64,000 nt of DNA from Rebecca billardiae RCC1528 (taxonomy: Eukaryota; Protista; Haptophyta), in NCBI GenBank assembly GCA_965240325.2, contig OZ251237.1, forward strand, positions 186,001 to 250,000. The letters are read 5' to 3'. Every line of letters begins with the position of its first letter. Positions within the stretch are counted from its first letter, which is position 1. A model generated the notes under the pieces. The model had not been told where the DNA came from, did not search any database, and saw only the letters and a list, made by a program, of their open reading frames with translations. The translations under genes and the position numbers were made by a program. Below, piece after piece: positions 22,387 to 33,808 of this stretch.

Positions 22387-24404
22387 CCCTCCTTCGGACT
22401 GCCAACAGCCCCACACAAGTGGGCCTGCTCACCAGGACCTGCCTGGAGGCACACCGACAACAACCGGCCAACGGAACACTGATGCCCCCTGCAGTGCGAG
22501 GCGGAATGGAGGCCCTGTCGCTCGCGCCCAGGGGCACAGAGCCATGGCTGCTGGCCTGCTCCGCAACACTGGCCAACCTGACCCTGCGAGAGGCCTGCAG
22601 GTCCCCCCTCATCCCTAGCCGGGCCTCTGATCAGGAGAGACTCGTGGAGCTGTTAGCGGACTGGGACGCGCGGGACTACGCAGCCCTGGGCGACACCCCC
22701 ATGGGCACCCTGCTGCAGGCTGCAAGTGCAGGGGGAGACGGCCAGCCCAGCCTGATGGAGCGCAGCATCCTGAGCGATAATGGCACGTCCATGGAACGCC
22801 TGCTCAACGCACAGGGCACCCCAGCTCTCAGCCATCTCACACACACTGGCAGCAGCATGGTGTGGACGGCTGTGCAGCACCACGCAGGAGCTGCGGAAGC
22901 AATGGCAGGCCTCATCGTCCGCACTGCGGTAAAACTGGCCACGAGCCCCGCAAATTTCCTGTACACCGCCCATCTGCAGGAAGCCAGAACGGCCGCCTAT
23001 GAGGCAGATGTGCCCACTGCACCAGCAGACGTGACCCAGGCAGCAGCCACCGTCACAGCAGGGGTAGATGGGTCGTACAAGCCAGACACAGCCACAGGGG
23101 CCGCTGGGGCCGCCTACATTGTACATGCCCGTGGCGCAGGCCGGCTGCGAGACCAGGAGTGCGTGCGCCTGGCAAGTGCCACATACCACGGGCAGCAGAC
23201 TGCAGCCAACTCGGAGGTGGCATCTGCCACACTCCTCACCAAACTCCTGGCTGGCCTACCAGGTAGCACCATTCATGTCAGCTGGGACTGCGACGATGCA
23301 CTCAAGCACCTCCTCTGGGCCAGGCCAGCGTTGGACTCAGTGGCAGGGGGCCAGGCAGCCCAGCCAAATACCACCCGCCCACCAGGCTGGGAGCCCAGAA
23401 TGAGCAAGAATCAGGCCCACAACCCGCACATGTCCAGGCTCCTGCATGTGATTGACGAGTGCTCTCGCGGCACCACCTGGATGTACTACCCCCAAATGAG
23501 CGGCCACTCACGCGGAAGGGGCGGACCATCACTGGACGATATGGTGCGCGAAATTCTCCAGCCGGAACCGGACGCGTCGGGCGGCACCTACACAGTGCCC
23601 CCTCCCCAGCTGGCATCGCTGCGCAGAGCCACCAGGGCCTTCGTGGGCACCGAACCTTCCTCCGAAGACGTGGACCGCACTGTATGCAACCTGTGTGCGG
23701 ACTGGGCGGCCAAGCGAGTGGCTGTGGATGGCATGGACCCATCACACAGGCTAGGAAAGAACGTCTGGCTCCCTGCAGCATATGGGCTGGTGGACACTGC
23801 AGGGGCTCTCCTGCAGTCAGGGCCCCTCCCTGTCAGGAGGCTGGTAATAGAGCGCGCCCGCAGAGCAGCCCTGGAGGCGCGCCTGGATCCCACCCCTGGA
23901 AACGACGAGTCCCCCGAACAGGCGGCAGAGAGGCAGCGCAGGAGCGCCAAGTACGCCATCAAGATGGGGGACGACTCCCTACACACCCAGGAATCCACCC
24001 TCTCGCTGCGGAACCAGTTCACCAAGCCAGAGCGCCTCACCAAGTTCGTCCTCAGGTGCTGCGTCGGGGCGCTGGAGTATAATCAAGATGCTGCGGGGGC
24101 CAACCCAGGATTGGATGCAGTCCCATATAGCCAGCAATGGCCGGACTGCACGCTGGGCACCGACTGTCTGTTCTGCCTCGAGGCAGGGTCAGCAGACGAT
24201 ATTGAGTTTCGACGACGACTTACTTATCAGGGGCGCGGACGGCGGACGATAATATATCCGTCTGCAGGGGCTGGGTTGGCGGGCCGTGATGCGCAGGCCC
24301 GTGCCAGCACGGGCCACGGGCCCCATTCATTCACCCGTTCCGGAGAGCACGTACAGTACACTTACGGGGAGGCCTCGGACGTAGAGATGTACAACTACGA
24401 CTGA
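22326..24404 (+). mobile_element. 5'-truncated non-LTR retrotransposon ORF with an RNase H domain
   Basis: RNase H residues in order: GVDGS, NSE, SWDC, SGH, CNLCADWAAK; downstream CTLGTDCLFC; CpG-poor relative to host genes; no RT motif seen. Confidence 0.7.
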
Positions 24405-24424
24405 CTAGTGGGGCTGCCCCTCGC

Positions 24425-25080
24425 GGCACGGCGAGAAGCTCTGCTTCTTCTCGCACAACTCGGGCCTGCAGAACCAGGCCGTGCTGTACAAGCAGCCGCG
24501 CGCCGCGCTGCAGACGGCGCACGCCAAAGGCCGAACGCTCGGCTCGGCGCAGCCCCTGCTCGACCCAAACCGCATCTCGGCGCGGAAGGCACGGCGGCGG
24601 TGGGCGCGCGCGCCTTCTCGCGCGACGGCACGAAGCTGGCGTACGCCGTCTCCCGCTCCGGCTCGGACTGGGCCACCATCCGCGTGCGCGACGTCGCCAC
24701 CTGCGCCGACCTCCCCGCCGACGTGCTCATGTGGGTCAAGTTTAGTCACATCGCGTGGACGCCAGACGGCGCGGGCTTCTTCAACTCTTCTTCTACTCGC
24801 GGTACGACGCGCCGCGCGGGCTGGAGAGCACGGACGACGGCGGCGCGGCGGGCACCGAGACCACCGCCGCCAAGTTCCACAAGCTGTACTACCACGCGCT
24901 CGGCACCGCGCAGGGCGCCGACGTGCTCGTGTACGACGACCCGCAGCACGAGGACTTTATGTTTGCGGCCGAGGTGACGGAGGACGGCGCGTTCGTTCTG
25001 CTCACAATCTTCGAGTCGTGTGACCCGGTGAACAAGCTGTACGCCGCGCCGCTCGGCGAGCTGCTCGGCGCGGGCGCCGT
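24425..25080 (+). pseudogene. Prolyl oligopeptidase (S9A) beta-propeller fragment, frameshifted
   Basis: FFSHNSGLQNQAVLY, LLDPN, FSRDGTKLAYAVSRSGSDW, WVKFSHIAWTPDGAGFF/YSRY, KLYYHALGTAQ..DVL and CDPVNKLY are spread over several frames; no start codon and no catalytic domain. Confidence 0.85.
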
Positions 25081-25132
25081 ACTAGTAGGCCTCGGACCGA
25101 GGCTCTGCCCGCCAGTAGAGGCAGAGAGCGCA

Positions 25133-26789
25133 TCAGTGATGCCGGTTGAACTCGTTCGGCGGCCCCTCCCACAGCTCGAGCACGAACGAGCAGCGCTCGC
25201 CGGCGCTGACGGTGCTCACGCTGTGCCGCTTCTCCGAGGGGAAGAGCACGCCGTCGCCGCGCGCCAGCCGCACGGTCTGCGGCGCCGCCGCGCCCCCGGG
25301 CTCGGCGGGCGCCCAGAGCGAGAGCTCGCCGCCCTCGTACTCGTGCGGCGCCGAGAGCGCCACCGAGAGCGTGAGCAGCGAGCCCGCGTCGCGGTGCTCC
25401 GCGTCGCCGACCGAGCCGCCGCGCGTGTACCGATGGTGCTCGACGGAGCGCAGCGCGGTCGAGCGGCCGAGCAGCAGCCGCCAGCGCGACGCGTCGGCCG
25501 CGAGCACGCGCGCGCGCACGCGGCGGAGCAGCGCGAGCAGCGCGCGCTGCACCGCGCCGCCACGGTGCAGGTGCGTCACGCGGTGCTCCGCCGCCGCGTG
25601 CAGCCTGTCCTCCGCCGCGGCGAAGAGGCCGCCCCGACGCGACGCGTCCGCCCCCTCGTCGTCGTCAAACAGATTCGGGAGATCGGCGCCGAGATCGCCC
25701 TGCTCGGCCGCCAGCGCCTCGGCGAGCGCGTCGAGCGCGGCGACGTCCGCCTCGCTGAGCAGCTGCGGCAGCACCGCCCACGCGGCACCGTCCGCCTCCG
25801 CGCGCGTCGGCGCGGCCGCCGCCGCGGCCGCGGGCTCCGCCGCCTCCCACTCGGCGACGGAGGTGGCGCGCGGAGGCACGACGTAGATCCCGTGCGGCTC
25901 GTGCGCGCGGCTGACCGCCCACGGCGCGCGCGCGTCCTCGCCGCCGAAGAGCGCGTCCGGGCCGGACTCGTAGTCTACGCAGGCGCGCAGGCGGCGGGCG
26001 GGCCGGTGGGTGGAGGTGGGAGGGGGGCAGGCGTGAGGCGCGCGCGGCGTGGCGCGGCTTGGCGTTGGCGCGGCGTTGGCGCGGCGGCGTAGAATGTACT
26101 GGCAACTCCCGGCGCACGCTACCGCGCAGCCGCGCGAAAGACGTGTGTTTTGCGCGCTTCGCGCCGTATATCGCACAGGTGATTGTTGGGCGCGGCTTGG
26201 CGCGGCGGCGCGCACCGACGCACGCGTCGAGCGACTCGACGCAGCTCACGATCCGCAGCGCGCCGCCCTCCCACTCGGCGCGGAGCAGCGCGGAGAGGCG
26301 GGCGAGGGCGTGGCCGGTGACGAAGACGATCACGCACGTGGGTGGCGGCGTGCGCACGCCGCGGTCCGCCTCCGCCACCGCGGCGCCCAGCTCGCCGGAC
26401 GCGAGCGCGCCCGGCCGCAGTGCTAGCAGGTCGCACGCGGCGAACGCGCATCGGTCGGCGACGCCGCACTCGGCGGCGCGCTCGCGCGCCTCGCGGATGC
26501 ACTCCGCGTCGATGTCCACGCCCACGCACGCGCAGCCGTACTGCACCGCCGCCTGGTGCAGCACGCGCCCGTCGCCGCACCCGAGGTCCCAGAGAACGTC
26601 GTCGGCGCCCAGCCGCGCCGCGCGGAGCACGTGCGGGATGCGGCCGTCCGCGCACGGGACGAAGGGCGAGACGCTGCGCGGGCCGGCTGCGGACCACTCG
26701 TCGCCCTGCTTCCGCTCCAGCTCCGTGCGCCGCTCGAGCACGTACGCCGCGAGCAGCGCGCCCTGCTCGCGCGAGTGGGCGTCCAGCAT
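25133..26789 (-). CDS. Class I SAM methyltransferase fused to a PKHD-type 2OG-Fe(II) oxygenase; intron 25975-26215
   Basis: Exon 1: SPFVP, LWDLGCGDGR, VGVDID. Exon 2: HRDAGS, YEGGEL, GDGVLFPSEKRHSV..GERCS. The GT..AG splice joins them in frame (ACV/DYE). Confidence 0.75.
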
Positions 26790-27924
26790 CGCGCGATCAA
26801 GGGGAGTCAGGGTACAGCACGTCCAGTTGGGCTGCAGCTGGAGCTTGGGTCCAAAAGCTTCCCGCGGCGCAGCGGCACTCGCCGCCGCCGCCGCCGTCGA
26901 GGGGCGGTTGTGGCGCGCACGGCGTGAGCCGCTGCGGGCGCTGAGGTGCGCGCGACGGCGGCGCGCCCGGCGGCGCTGCTGTAGGAGGCCACTGCCCTCC
27001 TCTCTGCCCCGCGCGCTTCGCTCGTCGTCGCCGTCTCCGCGCCTGCGACTCAGCGCGCACGCGAGCGCGGCACCGCCCGGCAGCCGGGGCAATCTCTGCC
27101 GTGACTGCGCATGTGCGTCGCGACCTGGTCGGCCCAGCGCGCGAGGCGCGTGCGGGCGAGGTAGGGCCAGTATGGGCGCGCGCCATGCCGCCTCAAGTAA
27201 GCCCATCAGAGCGTACAACAGGGAACTGAGCACGTGTGTCTGGTTGGCCGCTCAGTGGACTGTGTTCAAGCAATGCACGGGCCATCGTCGAGGCGATCTC
27301 GAGGCACTCAGTCAAAACGTCAGTTCAGCGCGCAGACGACCTGGGTGAGAGTCACTGACAATGTATGACTCGCATGATCACAAAAGGCTCTGCAACTATC
27401 GCGTCTGTACGCCTACTGCCTCGATCGTGCACACTGACGCCTGCGCTTGGGTGCCGCATTGTTTGTCAACGTTGTCGACAGAGGTGCAAGGCCCGCGACA
27501 TGCCCACCGGCGCAAGGTCGAGGCGGCATGGCGCGCGCCCATACTGGCCCTACCTCGCCCGCACGCGCCTCGCGCGCTGGGCCGACCAGGTCGCGACGCA
27601 CATGCGCAGTCACGGCAGAGATTGCCCCGGCTGCCGGGCGGTGCCGCGCTCGCGTGCGCGCTGAGTCGCAGGCGCGGAGACGGCGACGACGAGCGAAGCG
27701 CGCGGGGCAGAGAGGAGGGCAGTGGCCTCCTACAGCAGCGCCGCCGGGCGCGCCGCCGTCGCGCGCACCTCAGCGCCCGCAGCGGCTCACGCCGTGCGCG
27801 CCACAACCGCCCCTCGACGGCGGCGGCGGCGGCGAGTGCCGCTGCGCCGCGGGAAGCTTTTGGACCCAAGCTCCAGCTGCAGCCCAACTGGACGTGCTGT
27901 ACCCTGACTCCCCTTGGCGCGATG
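26787..27924. repeat. ~400-bp inverted duplication (26787-27194 / 27520-27924) around a ~325-bp spacer
   Basis: The arms are reverse complements; the ORF track shows the same peptides on opposite strands (26807-26992 minus, 27722-27907 plus). Confidence 0.9.
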
Positions 27925-28045
27925 CAAGGCGCTCCTCCCGGTCCGGACCCAAGAGGCGGCGCCGGGCGGACGCGGGCGTGCTCGGCTGCCCGGACTCACC
28001 AGCACGGTCTACTTTTTGAACGGCGGCGAGAAGACTGCAGGTATA

Positions 28046-31000
28046 ATGGTCGCCGGCCCCGTCGCGGCGCCGCGGCTCGTGAGCCCGGGCCCGCAGCGGC
28101 CCCCACCGCGCTCGAGCAAGCCGGCGTACCCGATCGCGGTGGAGTCGTACCCACCCTCCGTCGAGCAGCGCCTCTCTCCGGCGCGCTCGGCCTCGCCGTC
28201 GATCGAGCGCGGCGCGAGCGCGTCGCCGGCGCGCTCGCCTCCGCGCCGGCGCTCGCCTCCGCGCTCGTCGCCTCCGAGCGACCACCACGGGCGCGGCGAG
28301 GACGAGGGCGACGAGTACGAGGACGAGGACGACGTGGTGAGCGGGCCGCTCGGTCTGCACCCGCGCCACGAGCCGACGAGCCCGGCGAGCCAGCTGCCGT
28401 ACCAGCGCTACCTGCACACGGGCACGATGCCGGCGGCCGCGAGCACCGCGCCCGCGCCGCGCGGCCGCGGCGCCGCGCCCGCGCGCGCGCGCGCGCCTCC
28501 GGAGGTGGCGCCCGTCGACGCGCGCGCGGACGTGGAGTACGCGGACTCGCTCGCGACGACGCTCACGCGCCAGGCGCGCGAGCTCGCGCGCGAGAACGCC
28601 GCGCTCGAGGCCGAGATCGACGAGCTGCAGGCGCAGCGCTCGGCGCTCGAGGCGCGCGCCGCCTCCGAGCTGCACGCGCTGACGGAGCAGCAGCGCGGCG
28701 CGGCGGCGGAGGCGAACGTGCTCAAGGGGCGGCGCGCCGCGCTCGAGCAGCAGACCGACGAGGTCTGGGCCGCGCTCGACGAGGCCAAGGCCGACGCGCT
28801 GCAGGCGGGTGTCGCGCTCCTCGCCTATCTGGTGCGCACGACGCGCGCGCGCGCGTTCGTCGGCTGGCGGCTGGCGGTGCTGCGCGCGCGCGCGCAGCGC
28901 CGCGCGCTGGTCGAGCTGCACGAGCTGGCAGGCGGCTCGGGCGCGCCGCGCGCGCCCGCGCTCGGCGGCGCCGCGCACGCCGCCGCGCCGGCGGAGCGCG
29001 CGCCCGCGCCCACCTTCGGACCTTTTGTGCTCGGCGGCACCAGCGCACCTGCGCACGGCGGCGGCGGCGCGGCCTTCTCGCCGCGCGGCACGGCGGCGGG
29101 CGCGGCGGCGCGGCGGCGCGGCTCGGGCTCGGGCGTGGACGTCTCGCGCCTCGCCGCCGTCGAGGCCGAGCTCGCGCGCGCGCGCATCGACGCGCGGCGC
29201 GCGGACGAGGCGCGCGCGCACGCGGAGCACGCGCTCGCCGAGTCGCTCGGCGCGTGCGGCGGCCTGGAGAGCAAGGCGCGCGCGCTCGCGAAGCAGCTGG
29301 CGTCCAAGGACGCGGAGCTGGCGCGGATCCGCGCGGAGCGCGGGCGGGAGCGCCGGCTGAGCGCGGGCGGCGCGCGCGCGCCGGTCTCGCCGCCGCCGCT
29401 GCACACGCCGCCGCCCAAGCCGGGGCGGCAGCAGCAGCAGCAGCAGCAGCGCGGCGGCGGCGGCGGCGCGGACGGCGGCGGCGGCGCGGACGGCGGCGCC
29501 GCGGCTCGGCAGCAGCTCGAGGCGCAGCTGGACGCGGCGCACGCGCTCAACCAGAGCCTCGCCGTGCAGGCGGAGGGCCTGCGCCGCCGGCTCGACGCGC
29601 TCGAGATGGGCGGCGCAGGCGTTCTCCACGCGGACCTCGCAGCCGCTGGCGGCGCGCCCGCTGGTGGCGCGGCCGCTGGCGTGGCGGCCGGTGTGGCCGG
29701 CGCGGCGGCGGGCGGCGGCGAGCGCGCGGCGCCGCCCGCGGCGCAGCCGGCCGCGGCGCAGCCGGCCGCGGCGTCGGCGCAGTTCGAGGCTCGGGTCGAG
29801 TCGCTGCGCGCCGAGCTCGCCGACGCGCGCGCCGACGCGGCCGCGAGCGCGCGGCAGCTCAGCGCGGCGCGCGAGGCAGCGGCCACCGCGGAGGCCGAGG
29901 CGCGCCTGGCGCGCGCCGCCCACGCGCCCTCGTCGCCCCCCGCCGCGGGCTCGCCCACCGTTGTCGCCGCGGCGCGCGCGCGCGACGCCGAGCGCGAGCG
30001 GCTGCTGGCGGACGCGCGCGCGGAGAACCGCGCGCTCAGCGCCGAGTTTGAGCGCGTGCGCGCGCGGCTGCACGCGCTGCAGGCCGAGCGCGCGCCCAGC
30101 CCTGGCCTGGGCGCGGGCCCGGGCCAGCTGCGCCCGGCGCAGCGCTCCTCGCCACCCAGCCCAAGCCCGGGCGAGCCGCGCCCGGCGCAGCGCTCGCCCA
30201 GCCCGGGCCAGCCGCAGCCGCAGCCGCGCCGCCTGTCGCACTCGCGCTCGCCGCCGAGCGCGCGCGCCGCGCGCGCGGACGCAGACGAGCGCGCGGCCGC
30301 GGCCGAGGCGCGCGCGGCCGAGGCGGAGGCGCGCGCACAGGCGGGCGCGGCGGAGCTGCAGCGCGCGCAGGCGGACGCGCGCGCGGAGTCGCGCGCCGCC
30401 GCGGACGCGCGGCGCGAGCTCAGCGCCGCCACGTCCGAGCGCGACGACGCGCGCCGCGCCGCGGCCGCCGCCGAGGCGCGCGCGCGAGATCGCGATCTCG
30501 AGCTGACCGAGGCGCGCGCGAGCGTGCGCGCCGCGCGAGACGAGGCGGCGGCGGCGCGCGCGGCGGCGGGCGCGGCGCGCGAGGCGGAGCGCGCGCTCGC
30601 GGACGCGCGCGCCGACGCGCGCGCCGCGCGCGATGAGGCCGCCGCCGCGCGCGCAGACGCCGGCGGCGCGCAGCGGCTGCGCGCTCAGCTCGAGGCCGCG
30701 CGCGCCGACGTGGCCGATGCGCGCGCCGACGCGGCCGCGGCGCGGCGCGAGGTTGAGGCGGCGCGCGCGGCGGCGCGCGGGGTGGAGGCGGCGGCTGGCG
30801 GGCGCGGCGGCGGCGGCGGTGGCGCGCACGCTCTGGAGGAGGCGCGCGCGCAGGCGGCCGACGCGCGCGCCGACGCCGCCGCCGCGCGGCGCGAGCTGAA
30901 CACGCTGCGCGCCGCAGCGCGCACCGCCGCCGAGGGCGGCGAGGGCGGCCGTGGCGCGGGCGGCGCGGGCGGCGCGGGCGGCGCGGGCGCTCTGCAGGAG

Positions 31001-31851
31001 GCGCGCGCGGAGGCGGCCAAGGCGCGCGCGGAGGCGGAGCGCGCGCGCGCGGACGCGGAGGACGCACGGCGCGCCGCGGCGGAGCGCGCGCGCTCGCTCG
31101 ACGAGCAGCTCGGCGCGCGCAACGCGGCGCTCGAGCGCGCGCGCGCGGAGGCGGCGCACGCGCGCGCCGACGCGGACATGGCTACGCGAGCGCTGCGCGA
31201 GGCGCGCGCGGACGCGGAGCGCGCGCGCACCCAGCTCGAGGAGGCGGCGGGGGCGCGCGTCGAGCTGGCGCGCCAGCTGCAGCGCGCGCAGCGCAGCGTG
31301 GGCGCGGGCGCGGGCGGCGCGCCGCGCGTCGCCACCGTCACGCTGCCCACGCAGCCGCACTCGGCGGCCGCGCCGGCCAGCGGGGCCGCGACTTTGCCAT
31401 TGGGCGGCGGCTTGGCCGAGGCGGAGGCGCGGCTGCAGCGTCAGCGCGAGCGGGCGCGCTCCGCGGCCGGCGCCGGCGGCGGCGGCGCGGCCGGCGGCGG
31501 TGGCGGCGGCGGCAGTGACGCACTGGGCAGGTCAGCAGTCACGCCACCGCCACAGCAGCGCGGGGTGAGCGCTGCACTGAGCAGCAGCGCGCCTTCGCCA
31601 CTGGGTGGCGGGCTGGCGGAGGCGGAGGCGCGGCTGCAACGTCAGCGCGAGCGGGCGCGCTCCGCGGCCGGCGGCGGCGGTGCTGATGCCCCGAGGCAGG
31701 TGGCGATCACGCCACCGCCACAGCAGCACGGGGCGGGTGCCGCGCTGAGCAGCAGCGCGCCTTCGCCGCTCGGCGGCGGGCTGGCGGAGGCGGAGGCGCG
31801 GCTGCAGCGTCAGCGCGAGCGGGCGCGCTCCGCGGCCGGCAGCGGCGGCGC

Positions 31852-31882
<31 letters not shown>

Positions 31883-33091
31883 AGTGACGCACTGGGCAGG
31901 TCAGCAGTCACGCCGCCGCCACAGCAGCGCGGGGCGGGCGCTGAACTGAGCAGCAGCGCGCCTTCGCCGCTCGGCGGCGGGCTGGCGGAGGCGGAGGCGC
32001 GGCTGCAGCGTCAGCGCGAGCGGGCGCGCTCCGCGGCCGGCGGCGGCGGCGCGGCCGGCACGGGCGGCCCCGATGGCGCGGGCCGATGGGCCGTCACGCC
32101 GCCAGCGCAGCAGCGCAGCGCGGCCGGTCCGTGCGGGGATACAAAGTCGCCGCTGGGCGCCGGCCTGGCCGAGGCGGAGGCGCGGCTGCAGCGGCAGCGT
32201 GAGCGGGCGCGCTCTGTCGGTGGCGGTGGCGGTGGCGAGGCCCCGAGGCAGGCGGCGATCACGCCACCGCCACAGCAGCGCGGGGCGGGCGCTGCACTGA
32301 GCAGCAGCGCGCCTTCGCCACTGGGTGGCGGGCTGGCGGAGGCGGAGGCGCGGCTGGAGCGGCAGCGCGAGCGGGCACGCTCCGCGGCCGGTGGCGGCGC
32401 GAGCGAGGCCTCCGCTCGGGCAGCGCCGCCGCCACCGCCCGCCGCGTCCGCTGGCCTCGCCTCGCCGCTCAAGGCGGACCTGGCGGCGGCCGAGGCGCGC
32501 ATGCAGCGTATGCGCGCGCGCTCGGGCTCGGGCGCGGGCGCTACCGCGGGGCCCGCCGCCGCCGCCAGCTCGGCGGCGCGCTCGCCGGCGGCCGTGCTGG
32601 GCGGCTCGTGCGCCGAGGCCGGCGGCGGCAGCAGCCTGCGCTCCGAGCTGCAGCAGGCGGAGAGCGCGATGGAGCGCATCGCCGCGCGCCGAGCGCCCGC
32701 GCCGGGCTCGCGCGCGCCGGGCGGCGGCGCGGGCGCGCACGGCGGAACAGAGGCGGCAGCCGGCCGCTCGGCGGACTCGGCCGGTGGCCCGTCCAGGCTC
32801 ACCTCAGACCTCGCCGCCGCGGAGGAGCGGCTGCGCCGCCACCGCGAGCGTCAGCGCTCGGGCTCTGTCTGCTCGACGGGCTCCGCCGAGCCGAGCGCGA
32901 GCGCAGCTGGTGCGCGCAGTGCGGCGAGCTCGCCACGCCTCCGACAGGCGGACGCTGCCACCGCATCCGGCGCGCACGTCTCGTCCTCGAGCGGCGGCGG
33001 CTCACCGTCGCTCGGGAGAGGCCTGTCCGCTGCGGAGGAGAAGCTCAAGCACATCCGCGAGCGCCAGGCCCTGCGCGCGTCGCGCAACTGA
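28046..33091 (+). CDS. Large coiled-coil protein with ~10 C-terminal helical repeats
   Basis: First in-frame ATG 28046 in ORF 27914-33091; Ala/Glu/Arg heptads; repeated SPLGGGLAEAEARLQRQRERARS. Confidence 0.7.
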
Positions 33092-33182
33092 CGTCTGACG
33101 AGACTTCTGCTGACCGACGATCAAGCCCATCCGATCAGACGCGACAGTAAGCTACGACTAATAAGAGTATAAGCTAGACTTA

Positions 33183-33808
33183 CCGGTTCAAGACAGTTTA
33201 TTGTCTTGAACCTAGTCTTGAACCAATTGCATGAGTCCTAGTCTTGAACGTAGTCGTCCTCCGTGTCGGGCGTCCAGATCATGGCCTCGGCAATATCAGT
33301 GCCCGCAACCTTTGCGGCGATGTGGCAGGAGCGCTCAGCCTGTACAGCACGCACGGCATGCGTGGGCGTGGCAAACCGTTATCTCGGTTTGCCATACGGC
33401 ACCCGTGGGTCGTGGGCGCGAGCAAACCCGAAACCATCGTCTCGGTTTGCCGCGCAATGGGTGAGCAGGGGCTGGGCCAACGAGCGAGCACACACATCGT
33501 CATAGGACAAGGCCGTCATTTTCTGAAACTGCTTGTCATCCGTGCCGGTCGAGATTGCGCTGGAGAGGGGCATGTTGGGTGGGGTGCGGGGCGGGGAGAA
33601 TGTGGCGCGAACTGGCGGGACGTCGGCGGTCGGAGAGTCGGAGCAATGAGTCGGAGCCGCGCCGGCGGCGCGCGCGGCCGCGGGCGGGCAAAAATTGCGT
33701 GATGAGTAAAGTAGGATCTGACGACGACGGTGATTGGCTGACAATGGCCTCAATCCGGCGCAATTCAATAATGATTTGAAGCCCGGCCACCTGGTCCGGA
33801 CTTCCGGA
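33183..33808. mobile_element. Probable non-autonomous DNA element remnant
   Basis: Begins with the hairpin GGTTCAAGACA-n6-TGTCTTGAACC and three GTCTTGAAC copies; has paired CTCGGTTTGCC hairpins; contains the repeat shared with 22098-22386. Confidence 0.45.
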
